A DNA stretch of 64,000 bases from Gnetum montanum (Eukaryota; Plantae; Gnetophyta). Every line of letters starts with the position of its first letter. Positions within the stretch are counted from its first letter, which is position 1. Where the stretch lies: positions 540,521 to 604,520 of the forward strand of contig MNCI01000405.1 of the NCBI GenBank assembly GCA_015680685.1, given 5' to 3'. This document shows positions 1-13,308 of this stretch, one piece after another. A program made the translations under genes and the position numbers. The notes under the pieces were generated by a model. It made no database searches and was not told where the DNA came from. It worked only from the letters and a program-made list of their open reading frames with translations.

Positions 1-71
1 ACCAAGTTAATTGAATAATCAATGACCAAATTCCAATTATAGGAGATGTATCCTCATCTTTTAATGATTTT

Positions 72-3000
72 GTGAAAAGAATGATTCACATAGAATGGGT
101 GATTGACTCTAGATGTGTGAGACATATTATTGGAAATAAGATGTTTAAATCCATGAATTCATTAGTGACTAGAATGGCTATAACAAGAACAAGAGACTTA
201 TGTAGTTATGAAGAAGTTAAAGAGGTTGATGTAAAGATCACCCAAATACCTCTAAAGGTTAAAGATGTTTACTATGCCTTAGAAGTAAAAGATTAAAGCC
301 TACTATTTGTTGATCAATTAGTTAGATCAAAAAATTATTTGATATACAAAATAGAGGAGGATGATAAAATCCATTGTAAAATTATAAATCAAAGAAAGAA
401 CAAAGTAATTGTTAATACAATATAAAAATAATGGAGTGTTTACTTTAAAACCATTGATTGAATCTATATATTCTATTATACATATTCAATCCAAAAACAA
501 GATATGGCATGCAAGATTTGGAAATTTAAGCATAACATATACAAAAAAACTACCAAAGACTATGGAATGATTAGCAAACCTTGATCTAAAGGAGATTCAA
601 TTATACAAATCTTGTGCATTGGAAAAAATGTAAAAATTCCATTTTTACGAACATTAGAAAATACCACTAAGGCCAAATTCAATCTAATTCATGTACTTTA
701 TAGAGATTGGGAGATATAGAGATGTGAAAAATAAAGGTGGAAACATGTACTTTATAAGATTCATTGATGACCTCTTAAAGAAAATATGGGTATATCTTCT
801 AACAATAAAGAGTAAAGTCTTTAATGCTTTTAAAAGATTTAAGAAGTTGATGGAGAAATAATATAAATATAAAATCAAGAAGGCTCAATTTCAAAATGGC
901 ATGGAAAATATATCATAGAAATCTAAGATATTTCTTCAAAATAAAGAAATTCTTCATCAATTAAAAATAACTTGCTTACCTCAACAAAACAGAGTGGAAA
1001 AATGGAAGAATAAGGGTATAGTCAAAATGACACAAATGTATGCTATCCTAATCAAATCTAGATAAAAATTTTTGGGAATAAGCTATATGAATAGAAGGCC
1101 ATATTCCAGAAAAAAAGTTTCACTACAGAACTAAACTTCAAATATCCAAATAAGATATGAAGTAAAAACAAACTGAAGAAGGAATTCTTCAAAGTATTTA
1201 GGTCCAAGGTGTACCATCATGTATATAACTAAAGAAAAAGTGACATAAAGAAAAGGGAAGAAACCTTTGTGGATTATGCTAAACACATCAAATAACACAT
1301 GATTTAGGATGGTGAAAAATATAATCTTATAATATTAAGAGGTGCTGTCTAGGACAAAAATAATCTAATCAATGGAATGACTAGAGCACATAGTTTATGA
1401 ATAGACAAGATAAAAGACCTTAATGAAGAAGTATACTAAGAATAAGAATCTATGAAAAGAGACCATGACACCAAAACTTCTAGCTTAGGGAAAGAGCATG
1501 AAGAGGTCTAGAAGGATCAAGGTACTTAAAAAGAATATATAAAAAATAGAACCTAGAATGCTCATTAGAAATGTTGAAATGATGGTGCAAAACCATTGAA
1601 AATGTAGGAAAGATACTACTAAGAGATATGAGTTAACTAATAATGACTAGGGACTAGTGAAGACAATATGAAGAAGAAATTTATCTCTATACAAACATCC
1701 TAGATAATGAATCTCCAAAAAATTAAAGAAGGCACTTATAAAACCACATTGGAAGGATGTCTCGAATATGAGATGATGATTAAGAGAAAGATGTGAAATT
1801 TGATGCTAAAATCAAATAACAAGATTATTATTATTATAAAAAATGAGTATTCATAACAAATTTAAAATAGAATGAAATTTTGGATAAGTATAAGGTCATA
1901 CTTGTTTTAAAAGGTTTTCTTCAAGAGAAAGGAATTGACTATAAAGAGACATTTTCATTGACCATCAAGATAAAGACTGTTAGAATAATGATTCTAATTG
2001 CAAAAAGGAACTACTGGAAGCTATATCAAACTAATCTAAAATCTACCTTTTGTATGGAAAATTAGAAGAAGAAATATATATGGAACAACTAGAAGAATTC
2101 ATACAAGATGGGAATTTGGTATGCAAGTTGAACAAAGCCTTATATGAATTTAAGAAAGCCCTAAGAATGTGATATCAATGAATTGAAGAATTTCTGAAAT
2201 ATTATGAATTTCAAAAATCAATTAAGAAATAAAATATATTCTATTAAAAGGATAATGAGATGCTACAAATATTGTTTATACTTCATGTGAATGTTATCTT
2301 AGTTCCTAAAATGAATTAACAAATGTTGAATAACTTTAGTCAACCTTGAGATTTTAAAATTTTTAACATAGTATTAACATATTTCTACCTAGAAATGGAG
2401 ATCCAAGAAGAACAAGGTAAAATATTTATGATACAAAAGAAGTACGTAATGGAATCATTGAAAAATTAAATATGAAAGGCTATACAACAATAATAACACC
2501 AATGTTCTTAGGATTCAAAATAAACACAAAAGAACTAGAGATTAATCCTACATAAGCATACATTAAAGTTAAAGTGATCATTCTAAAATATATAAAAGAA
2601 ACCACAAGCATTGGGTTTCAATATACAAATGATAAAAAACTACAAATAATTACATATTCTAATGTAAACTATGTAAGATATCCAATATTAACAAAATCAT
2701 GAATGGAGTTTGTGATACAGTTTGGCTCATCAACATTAAACTAGGGTAGTGTAAAGTAGAAGAGTGTATCCATATCATTGATGGAAGCAAAATATCATGC
2801 AATGAGAGAAACATTAAAAGATCTTAAGTGGTTTGACCAACTATTTTAGGATATCAAAATCAAATTATCAAAACTAATCACATTGTACTATGATAATACG
2901 ATGGTAATTAAGATTCATCAAAACAAAATTTATGGTGAGAGAAGCAAGTATAGTAAAGTCAATATTCATTTTCTAAGGTAGATATATAACAACAAGTTTA

Positions 3001-3110
3001 TGACATTGCAATACATCAACATCAAAAGTTAAAATATAGATGGCTTGACTAAACCACTACCAAAGAAAGAATTTCTACAATTCTAGGAGTTACTAGCTTT
3101 AGGGAAATTG
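72..3110 (+). pseudogene. Degenerate Ty1/copia pol (protease-integrase-RT-RNase H), 5' part outside the window
   Basis: Colinear copia motifs, broken by many stops and frameshifts: WVIDSRCVRH (protease), WHARFGNL (~506), YFIRFIDD..KKIWVY (~748), PQQNRVEK (~979), YKVILVLKGFLQEKGIDYKETFS (ORF 1880), LNKALYEFKKA (~2128), S..EAKY and YYDN (RNase H). Confidence 0.9.
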
Positions 3111-3287
3111 TCCAACAAAGAAGTGAGGAGGAGTTAAAAATCCATGGTGACCATTAAGAAAGAAGAAAAGGAATATAGGTAATAGGAGGAGATTATGAAT
3201 TTGGGCTATTCTAATATCTAAAAACATACCTAAAAATTACACTTCGTACTTGGTTGGATCGTTCATGATTAATGAATTAAGAAGAAA

Positions 3288-4377
3288 TGTTAAAATATTC
3301 ATTCATCCTCATGGAGAAACAAAAATAGATAATTCTATAGTTGAATATAATTGATAATAATCTATGAAAATTAATTATATCAAATGAATTATTCATATAT
3401 TAAATGAAATAGTGCATAGAATTCATGTAGAAGGATAGTAATATTAGATAAGTAACCATACAAATGAACTATTCAATGGAATAAAAAAAATATTGAAAAT
3501 TGATTATGAAGAGCTCCATGACCATTGATGAAAAGACATTATGGTTTAAAAATGTAAAATGAAGCAAGACCACCAAATTAATATCATAATAATAAATGCA
3601 AAGTAAGTTATAGTTATTTAAAAGGAAAAGATTTAGCGAATGCATGAAGATATTGGAAAAGATGAAAAATCATAGATATGAATTAGAGAAGAAAAAAACT
3701 AAGATAAGGAAGAAGATTTTATGTAAAATAATGAGATACGTATAAAATAGATGTACAATAAGGAAGTTACCTTAATTTGTAGACATCTTAGTAAATGAAA
3801 ATGAGGTTTAACAAACACTAAGTGTGGTGCATACTAAACCCTTGGTCCATATGTTTGTCTAGTTGATGAGGTGGAGAGGGAAATTGAATTGTGATGAATT
3901 CTTGAGCTTACTAAATGATTATATTATGTCATGCTTGTATAATGCATGTTCAATGTTGACATGTGCTTGCAAGTCGAAGTATCATTGCCTAGCCCTAACT
4001 CATAACACTTGTTTACCATTGGTCAAGAGGAATTGCCATTGATTCTGTGGTTTTTAGGCATTTCTTTTATTGTTGTAAAAATTTGATACATTCATGGTGT
4101 TAGCTTATAGATGGATATTTATGTGCTATTCATATTAGTTATTTCTTTCTTAGTTGAATGTTGGTTATAAATTCCTGATAGATGCATTAAATTATTTTCA
4201 TGCCTAAATTATAGACTATTTATGCTTGATATAAGATGTAGTTATTTTTCTTTACATGGTTGACATAATAGCATGTGATTCTACTCTTATGATATATTAT
4301 CCTTTGGTTAGGAATCCCTTAAACATTGGCTTTTGATTCTTTCCATGACCATGCTTTCTTTGGGGTTCAATCCAACA
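3288..4377 (+). repeat. Probable 3' LTR of the copia element
   Basis: Purine tract AAGAAGAAA directly before TGTT (3288), and the segment ends in CCAACA (4377). The partner LTR is outside the window, so the boundaries are unconfirmed. Confidence 0.4.
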
Positions 4378-4689
4378 TAGCACTCTCCTACCTAAGTATA
4401 GATGAGAGGATGTTATACATAGCTTCTTTTTCAACTTAATAAAACATCATAAAATATTTCCAAATAATCATATACTTTTACAACTAACTATGATCTCTAA
4501 AACATAAAGATAGTAGGAAATTACAACTTAATAATGTAATGTGTTCCTATACCAACTCTTTCATAATTGAAAATATAAACCTAGGTAAAATATATTTTGG
4601 GGATAGTAGTAATATCCCACTCAGCTAGTTGACTCTCATGAATTGATATATTATCAATAGCATTTTAATCCTTCCAAAGAATTAGGTAC

Positions 4690-7600
4690 TCAAACCTCCC
4701 TATGCCCCTGTGTGTGTAAAGCCTTTCTCTTCTTTAAGAAAATTTCCTTTCTTTCCTCAAAAGACTTAGGATCAATAATAAAAATCTTTGAATCCTTCAT
4801 GTTGCTTTTCAAATTTTGATTATCATCTAATTTATGATAATAGGTTAAATCCATATCATTAAATGAAAAATCCATGTCAACATCATTACACATTAAAATT
4901 TCAAAAGCATTGTCATTGATTTTAAAAGGCCCCATTTTCTTTACTTTTAATTTAGATAGTTCACTCTTCTTAATATGTTTTCTTTAAATGGATCCAAAAG
5001 ATATTATCAACTTTAAATTTTAGTGTCATCTTACTCTCATTCTTACTTTGGAACACATCTTATGCCTTCTTAGTTAACCTTTCCCTTACTTGGGATTATA
5101 AGTCTTTTTGTTCTTGCATAAATTCAACACTCAATTGTGCATTCTCATCAAAATGCCTTGCATTATCCAACATTCTTAGACTAAATCCATAACTTCCTGA
5201 AAAGAACTCATTTGAATGCTAAAATAAAATGCACTATTATTAAAAAATTCAACATGAGATGAATTTTTTTGTGTTGATTTAGCTAATCATCACACAAATA
5301 CCTCAAGATTTTTAACAAAGATTTATTGGCCACTTTAGTGTTATCATGAAATTGAGAATGATAAGCACTATAAAAATTAATTTTAATCCTCAAATCCTCC
5401 ACAATAATGTCCATGGTAAAATTTTAATTTATATTACTCCAAATATTTAATGGAATGTCATGCAATGTAATAACATGCTAGAAAAATAAATTTATCACAT
5501 GAGAGGCATCACTTATCTTCTTGCAAGGAATAAAATATTTCATCTTAGTAAATCTATCCACTATAAAAAAAATATAATCATTTTCATTTTTAGTTTTAGG
5601 AATGTCCCGAAAAAAATCCATTAACATAAATTTTCATAATAACTTAGGAATAGGAAATGACAAATAATGACCATCTACTTCCTTTTCCCCTTTGAATTTT
5701 TAATTTGTCATATATTTCTTCATAAATTTAGAGATTTGGATAGACATGCCTAGCCAATAATAACTTCTCATCAATATCTCAAAGGTTTTTTCCCCTTCTT
5801 ATATGGCATATCTTCACAATGCCTTTCCAAGATAATCTTGAACTTGAAATCACATTTAGGAACACATAATTTTCCATTCCTAAAGAAAATACCATTTTGG
5901 ATGTTATAATCTCTTCATTGATTAGCTTTCCCAATCAAAGGCTCACTCAAATCCTTCCAAACCTATCCAAAATCATAATTATTAATGTACAGGTGATCAA
6001 AATCATCTATATCTTTAACTTATGTTCAACTAAAATACAGAGCATACATTCTCAACAATGCTTTAGCCACTAGATTATCCTTCTTAATTTTATACTTTAA
6101 AATTTAATTGAATTCTTTTAATCATGTCATCCATTTCATGTATTTGAGACTCAAATTCTTTTAAAAATTCAAAAAGTCTACTTTGTCATTAGATATTAAC
6201 AAAAATTCTTTGAACATCAAATGATGTCTTCAATATTTTATGTCATGAATGATTGCATATAGCTCCTCAAAGATGTACTTTTGAATTGCTTTAATGAGTG
6301 TTTCTAAAATGAAAGCAATAGGTCTATCTTCTTGTGCATGGATCCCACTAATTATTAGTGTACTAGCACCCACATCCACTTGAGAGAGTTTGTGAAAATA
6401 TGGAATTTCAAGCATTGGTTTACTTGCAATCTTTTCCTTCAATAAATAAAAGCTCTCTTACATCTCATTGTTCCACCTAAAGGTCTAATTATTCTTCAAG
6501 AAAAAAAACATAGGCCATGAAATACCACTAAAGTTCCTTATGAACCTTCCATAGAAGCCTATTAAACTAAGAAAATAACATATCTTCCCAACATTTTTTT
6601 GGAATTCACCACTTCTTTATGATCTTAGCCTTCATTTCCTACATCTTCATTTGATTTTTTGAAATTATGTGTCCTAAATATGTGATCTTTCTCTTCATGA
6701 AATGATATTTTTTAGTGTTAATTAGAAGTTGAACCTCTTCTTGATTTTACCACATAAGTCTCAAACTCATTTAAGTTATAAATAAGAATACCATCAAAGA
6801 AAACAATGCAATATTTATCAATAAATTTATTCAAAAAATTATATATCAATCTCATGAAAGTGGCAAGGGAATTTATGAAACCAAATAACATCACAAGTCA
6901 TTTAAAACATCATTTAGAGTCTTAAAAGTGATCTTCTATTTATTTCTTGGTCTAATTATAATTTGATAATATCCACTCTTCAAATTAATCTTACTAAATA
7001 CCTCATCATATGTTAAAGCATCAAGAATATGGCCCGTAATTAAAATGGAAAATTATACCTTATCATAACTCTATTTACTACCCTTAATTTGATGCAGATC
7101 CTACATTCTTCAATTTGCTTCTTTATAAAAAGCATCACTAAGATTAAATAAGGAGAGATTGATTCTCTCACAAATCCATTTGTAATAGCTCCTTACTTAC
7201 TTTTAAAGTTCAAATTGCTCATTTGGTGTCATTCAATATGTTCTCTTATTTGGAATTTTAGCACTCAAAATGAAATCAATTTTGAATTGTGCATTCTTCA
7301 TTGGTGGTAATTCATCCAACATTTCCTTGAAGACAATAGAAAATTATTTAGTTTGTCCTTCAAATGCTACTGAAATTTCATATTAATTAGTTGATGAAGC
7401 ATCTAATGGCAATTTTTATGTCAATTATAAGCCCTAGATTTGGGAAGCATTTTGTCCATCTTATGTTTGTAGTCTAGTGTGTTTAGTTAAGGTTCTCGAT
7501 TCTTAGTGATGCATTCTTGTCCCCCTGAGTCACACTATGAGTTTCATGCCTAATTCCAAGCTCTTTAGGATGACTCCAACTTTATTTATATGTTCTTAAA

Positions 7601-9400
7601 TAGTTCTAGCTTGTTCCAATTGCAAAGTGGTAGATTGTGGCTATTACAAGGTGCACTAACTACACTATGTCAATGCATCCCCTACATTAGTGCAAGGACA
7701 TTGACACATCTCCTGTTGGTCCTAAATGACTGTCTCTACTAGCAATGTGATTGGGATTGGCCTAGGTGGCATTGACAAGCCTTTGTTGATGCTCAGGCAT
7801 TAATGAATGTTCTTCATTCCCATGCAAAAACTATAAATACCTTAGGGAAGTTCTTCTATAACAACAAGTTCTTAGAGCTTGTGGCATCTAGTTATATAAA
7901 GAGCTCTTCATCCCTTGGGTAATTTAATTTCCTTCCCTATTTGTACATGTTTTAAGTTGTCTCTTTTACAAGTATGGCTAGACTTTGGCATAGTACTACC
8001 ATGCTTATGTAGCCAAAAATTGTTTGGTTGATGTCAAGTCCAATGTTTTTGTAGTGAACAAATCTTATGATTTTTTCTTATTTTTGTACTATTGATGCCT
8101 TAAACACTAAAATATTAAAAAAATCATAAAACATTAAAATATAAAAAATGTTTATTCATTTTTTGTTTTCATAATCTATGAAAATTCAACCTTACCCAAG
8201 GAGTTCACAACTATACAATGTGATGTTACGCCATCAAGGTTGTAGTTAAGAGTCATTTTATTGCATTTCATGTATGGTGTTATGCCTATCCCCTGAGGGA
8301 TTATGACATATATAAGGATGTGCATGAGAATTGTCCATATCCCTAGGTGGGATTACAGTGGATGTTTTTTTATTATCATTTTTTTCTTTATAAATATAAA
8401 ATGCATAAAAAATCATAAAACATAAAATTATAATATATTTTATCTCTCCCACCATGGAAATACATGTTTGAATTGTATTATATGTATTATAGTATCTTTT
8501 CTATTTCTTAAACCTAATGACATATACAAGTGTCCTTGGCGATCCACTCAACATCATCTTCAAAACTTACAACAAACTTACACCATGATTCTAATGATAT
8601 ATTCCTTGGTTTAAAATTGATAGGACTCCTATCTTGAGTCATGGATGATGCAATTGTAAACATTACAACAAAAATAATGTCCACCTCATCATTCTCTTTA
8701 ATGTATTCTCTTTCTCATTCAGGAGAATCAATGATGCATTTATGAAGGACTAATTTATCACTTATTTAGCTATCATAGGAATGAAATCATGGATATCATT
8801 ATTTTTAGGCACTGGCCATACATTTTTTGCACTAACAAATTCAAAACCATTATTAAAATTCCAAGATCTAGCAAGGATTGCATCAACATAATCAATTGAT
8901 AATACAACATAAACAACATGATTAATGAAACTAGAAATCTTAAATATCAAGATATATTGCTCCTTCACATCTTGAGAGAAATACCTTCATTAATAATGTA
9001 TCTTGTAAGGTCTAGGATAAGGATGAGTCACTAAACCCAATCTAGCAACATCCCTAAAAGAAATAACATTCTCTTGAGCACCTCCATTAGTCAAAATATA
9101 AATCCATTCACCACTCTTGAGACATCTTGCTTGAACTCTAAATAATAATTTCCTAGAAGGATTATCATTTACATTCATATTATTCATAAATAAATTCATT
9201 TTAGTCACATCCACAATTTTAGAAGTATTAGAATTACCTCTTTGAGAAGTATGCTTTAATGTCTCATTCTTCTCCATTATTTAGATTTTCTTACTTTGAT
9301 GACCTTTTGAAAAGAATACTCTCATGACTTATTTGTTACTTCTTCATATCGGAAGCATTGGATTTTTGGAAGAATTACTACCCTTAAAATTCTTACCCAC
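4690..9400 (-). pseudogene. Element A pol pseudogene (PR-RT-RH-INT)
   Basis: ORF-track fragments 4690..4935, 6230..6442, 8762..8968 and 8990..9277 (LGLVTHPYPRPYKI), plus hand-translated RT motifs, match CRM-type gypsy polyproteins. Confidence 0.85.
7426..8553. repeat. Probable solo-LTR-like insertion between protease and RT of element A
   Basis: About 1.1 kb of non-coding DNA interrupts the polyprotein and contains CTATAAATA (~7831). It ends in CAACA. No clean TSD was found and the boundaries are approximate. Confidence 0.35.
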
Positions 9401-10284
9401 TGATGAGGGGTGGAGGTATCCCAATACTCTATCATACAAGTCATAAGTGTATATATGTGACTAGATTGTATCCATGATGGACAATGTAATTATGCTAGTA
9501 ATTAATGTTAATTTCAAGATCATTGTCTTCCCACTTCGAGTTAGTAAAGTTTAAGTGTATGGTTTAATTCGTAGTGAGGCATATGATTGGTTGATGTTGT
9601 AAGAACTCTCCTAATGGTAAACGTGATTGGATGAAAGGTAAAATTCTACGTCTAGTGAATTATGAAAACACAAATCTATCTTAGCCTAAAGCGATGGATA
9701 TCTAATCTTGGTCTATCATACATGCCTTGGACTCATGTAGTTATCATTGGGATTACCAAGTGGAATTACTACTAAGAAAATTAAGCAATGCCACTACTGG
9801 GTTACTAGATAACTACACTTAGTGCTTGAAACTAGTTGTATCCATTCTAATTACTAATAAAATGTAAATTAAAGTGCTTGAAATGTAAATGATTAACTAA
9901 GAAACTAAGAAAATTATTCTAAGTAAGCATCGAGAAAACTAAGAAATGCTACAATGATGAGCAACAACTTCAATCTTTATTACTACACATAAACTATGTC
10001 CAAGTACAATTTAATTGAATAAAGATTTAGGTTGATTACTTAACACCACACTGCGGGCATTTACTCTATCACTAAAACTATGAAACAAAACTACAAGAGT
10101 TTGGCTAAGTGTTGAAATGAAAAGTTATCTATTGTGTGCCCAAGTGCTAGTATTTATAAGACTACACAGATCTTTCGACATTGCATCAATGATGACATAG
10201 GATGAGCTAAGACATGTAGCTACAATATCATTGATATGATATCATAGTTATGATATTGAAATGGTCAAAAATTTGGTTTTATCA
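9401..10284 (-). repeat. Element B 3' LTR
   Basis: TGATGA...ATCA termini. Aligns along its length with 28183-28620 + 29201-29652. Confidence 0.92.
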
Positions 10285-10589
10285 TACCCCCATAGTTGAC
10301 TGGAAAGTCATCCCTGAGTTAAAACAAAATGAGAATAGAGTCCCTTACAAAATGTGGAGGTAGACTTGAATTGACATGACTACTATTTACATGACCCTTG
10401 AATACTACGTTGGTGTTTTTACAAAATGACATAGTAAACATGACAAAAAAAAGAAAAACAAAACAAAACAAACATGACAAAACAAAACAAAACAAAACTG
10501 AAGTAGCACAATGTAGCCTTTGTTGGTGGTGGACCCTCTTCCATCGACTTCTTCCCCTTGTCATCAAGATTCTAAAATTAATAACAGTT

Positions 10590-13308
10590 TAGGAGTGCCT
10601 AAAGTTTTTCTTCTTTTGTTCTCAGATCATGTACTATCCATGTTGATTGATCAATGTTTAATGGAGTTGGTACATCCCATGGACATGGAAGTTGTAGGAA
10701 CATTTTATTTTCTTTCACGTACCATGCCATGAATTGCCATCTTTCTTCCTTAGAAGCCCTGAACACCTTTCTTAGTTCTTGATAATCTGACAATTGATGT
10801 GCTAGGTTTGCTACTACATCTTTTTATCCCTGGTAGCTAGCTTTGACAATTTCTAGTTTTGAGTTTTCCACGTGTAATTTTTTCAAGGCATCCTTTTGAT
10901 TAGCAAACTCCTTCTCATATATTGCATAGACAGTCACTACCTGTTGCTCTAGCTCATTTCTTGGCCTTCCTGCTATTAACATGGCCAGATTAGCATACCA
11001 AAGGTTTTCTAATCCCATGTACTCTATAAGATATTCTATCTATAGGTCCTTATTTTTTACTTTAGCTTGGTGGACATGAGGGAGGCTATCCAAAATTGGT
11101 TGCCAATCTAGTGTTTGAGATGTGATTGAGTTGATTTTGGCCATTACCATCTAGATTTCTTTTTTTTTTTGATTTTTTTATACATGTCCACATGATCCTT
11201 GAAGTATTTTTTGAGCTTTTCATGTCTTTTAACCTCATTCTACCATGTGCTTATCTCAATGGTTGATTTCTCTCTGATAACATGAACTTCTTCCATTGAT
11301 AAGGTCCTGTTCTCTTGGGCTAATTTTTTCATGTCCTAGTTGACTTGTAAGAATTGTTCTCATAGTTGATGGATGCTTTCTTTAAGAACATTCTTTTGTT
11401 TCTTCACATCAGTAAGCCAAGGATTGTTTGCAACAAGTTTCTTATTATCCTCCTCCAAGGCTATGCGAGCTTTGGCTTATGCATATGTCTGGGCTTCTGC
11501 TACTAAGACATTTCACATAGCCTTCTCTCTTTTTAGCTCAAACTTTATGTTATGGGCAACTATTTATCTTACCTAATTAGTCTAGAATTGCTTAAGCTGG
11601 TCTAGGACTATGAATCATGCAAGATCTTACAATTCTACTTTGAGAGCTACAAATTCATCTTGGAGTCTTTGCACTTCATTTTTAGCATGTTCTACCCTCA
11701 TTTTAGCTATTACTAGCTTCCTCTTAGTGGCTATTAGATCAGATTGCACTACAATGATATCACTGGGAATATCAAAAAGATTCTGCATGACTTGGCCTAT
11801 TTGAAGTAGTCTATCTAGAAAATCCTCATGTTCAGTAGGATTCATTAAGGTTTTGGCTAGAATTTGAGCATCTCTTGTTCTAGAAATATTAGCCAGTGGC
11901 ACAACAACAACATTGAATACTTCCTTAATATGATTAGTGATTACCTCTATGGCTCATGCTGCATCCTTGTGCTACATACTCACTACTGTGGCACCTTCCC
12001 TAGTTTCTAACATCACTTGGAATGATGTAGCATTTTTAAAAATTTGTTGTGCACAATTGTCCTCTCCTCCTATGTACAATGACACCTACCCACTTGTAGG
12101 GTCTATAGAAACTATGGGCCTAATGGAGCTCTCTCTAACCCTATAGAAATTGGAGCCTTTCCTTGCTCCCTAGCTGATGGTTTCTATGAGCTATCGTAGA
12201 TGGCCAATTGATGATTTGTAGTCTTGTGGTAGTGGTGGTGGAGCCTATTGTTTAGGTTTGTCTCCAACAGGTGTTTGATTGCTAGGTTTTGCTTGTTCCT
12301 ATTGCTTGGTAGTTAGATGGTTATTAGTAGGATTTGAACCTATAGCTACCTCAATGCTTAGTGGCTTTTATAGCTAATCTTTCTTTGATGGCATTGGCTT
12401 GAACATTTAACATAAGAGTTGTTTTGGGCCTTCTTGAGGACATCATTGCTATAGTCTAGAATTCTGGCTTGTTTTCACAACTTTCTTATTAGGCAAGAAA
12501 ATGGTAGTGTTGGCTTCCCTACCTTCTTCTTCTCAAATTGCCTTTGAATCTCTAGAAAGATGAGGTGTGCAATGTCAGCATTGAATTTTCCCATCAATAT
12601 TTCACTTCTCTTGGCTACATACGTTGAGATTTTGTTGAGCCATTTTGTTGGAAACAAGTGATAAGTCCCAATCTTAAAGTAAATTTTCTCCTCAGCTGTG
12701 AGTTCATTGTAGTCTTTGTCTTCTTTGCCATTGGGCCTTTACAACCATAACTTCTTTGCATATGTATCTAATTTGGTTGAAATCTATGCCACTTTCGCTC
12801 CTTCATTGGGAATGTTCAAGGCTTTGGTAGTTGCCTCTATTGAGTAAGGCACTAAGATACCTTCGATTTGCACACTTGCATCATCTTGTTTATTTTTCTA
12901 CAATTGGTAAACCTTTCCTATTTACCATTATGCATTTTTGGATAATATTAATCATAAGGGAGATACCTAGAGTTGTGTCCTGATGGCTTCTGAGGAAAAT
13001 TCCATGAATGGACCAAAGTTTAGTTCCATAATGACTGTGGACATGATGGACTTTTCTTGGATGGCCTAGAGGCATTCATTGAACAACCTGAGGCATTGTT
13101 CCTATTCTAGTACTAGTGGTGCCTTTACCTCTGCTTGTGCAAAGTGCTTAGTAGTAGGAGTGTGCTAATGAATCCTAAATGATGAAACCTCCTTTTCTAC
13201 ATGTTTGGCTTGCAGGGTTAATTCTCCTGCTTGGCCTCTCCCATGAGCTCTTGATCTTTTACCACCTTGTTAACAAGATTTTTTAGATACTGGTCTTTTT
13301 GGGATCAT
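10590..13308 (-). pseudogene. Element B extra ORF downstream of pol (Athila-type accessory protein with coiled coil), degenerate
   Basis: Starts MIPKRP (~13308). Fragment FPTKWLNKIST...ADIAHLIFLEIQRQF...LPFSCLIRKL resembles the Athila accessory 'plant transposon protein' domain. Heptad-rich fragments follow (ORFs 11627..11902, 10824..11018). Confidence 0.65.

Noticed and set aside
10319-10732. Short hydrophobic or Lys-rich ORFs near B's PPT (also 15252..15563, 20807..21028, 44619..44900)
   Set aside because: They derive from AAAAC or other low-complexity tracts, or from the antisense strand of TE sequence, and have no recognisable motifs.
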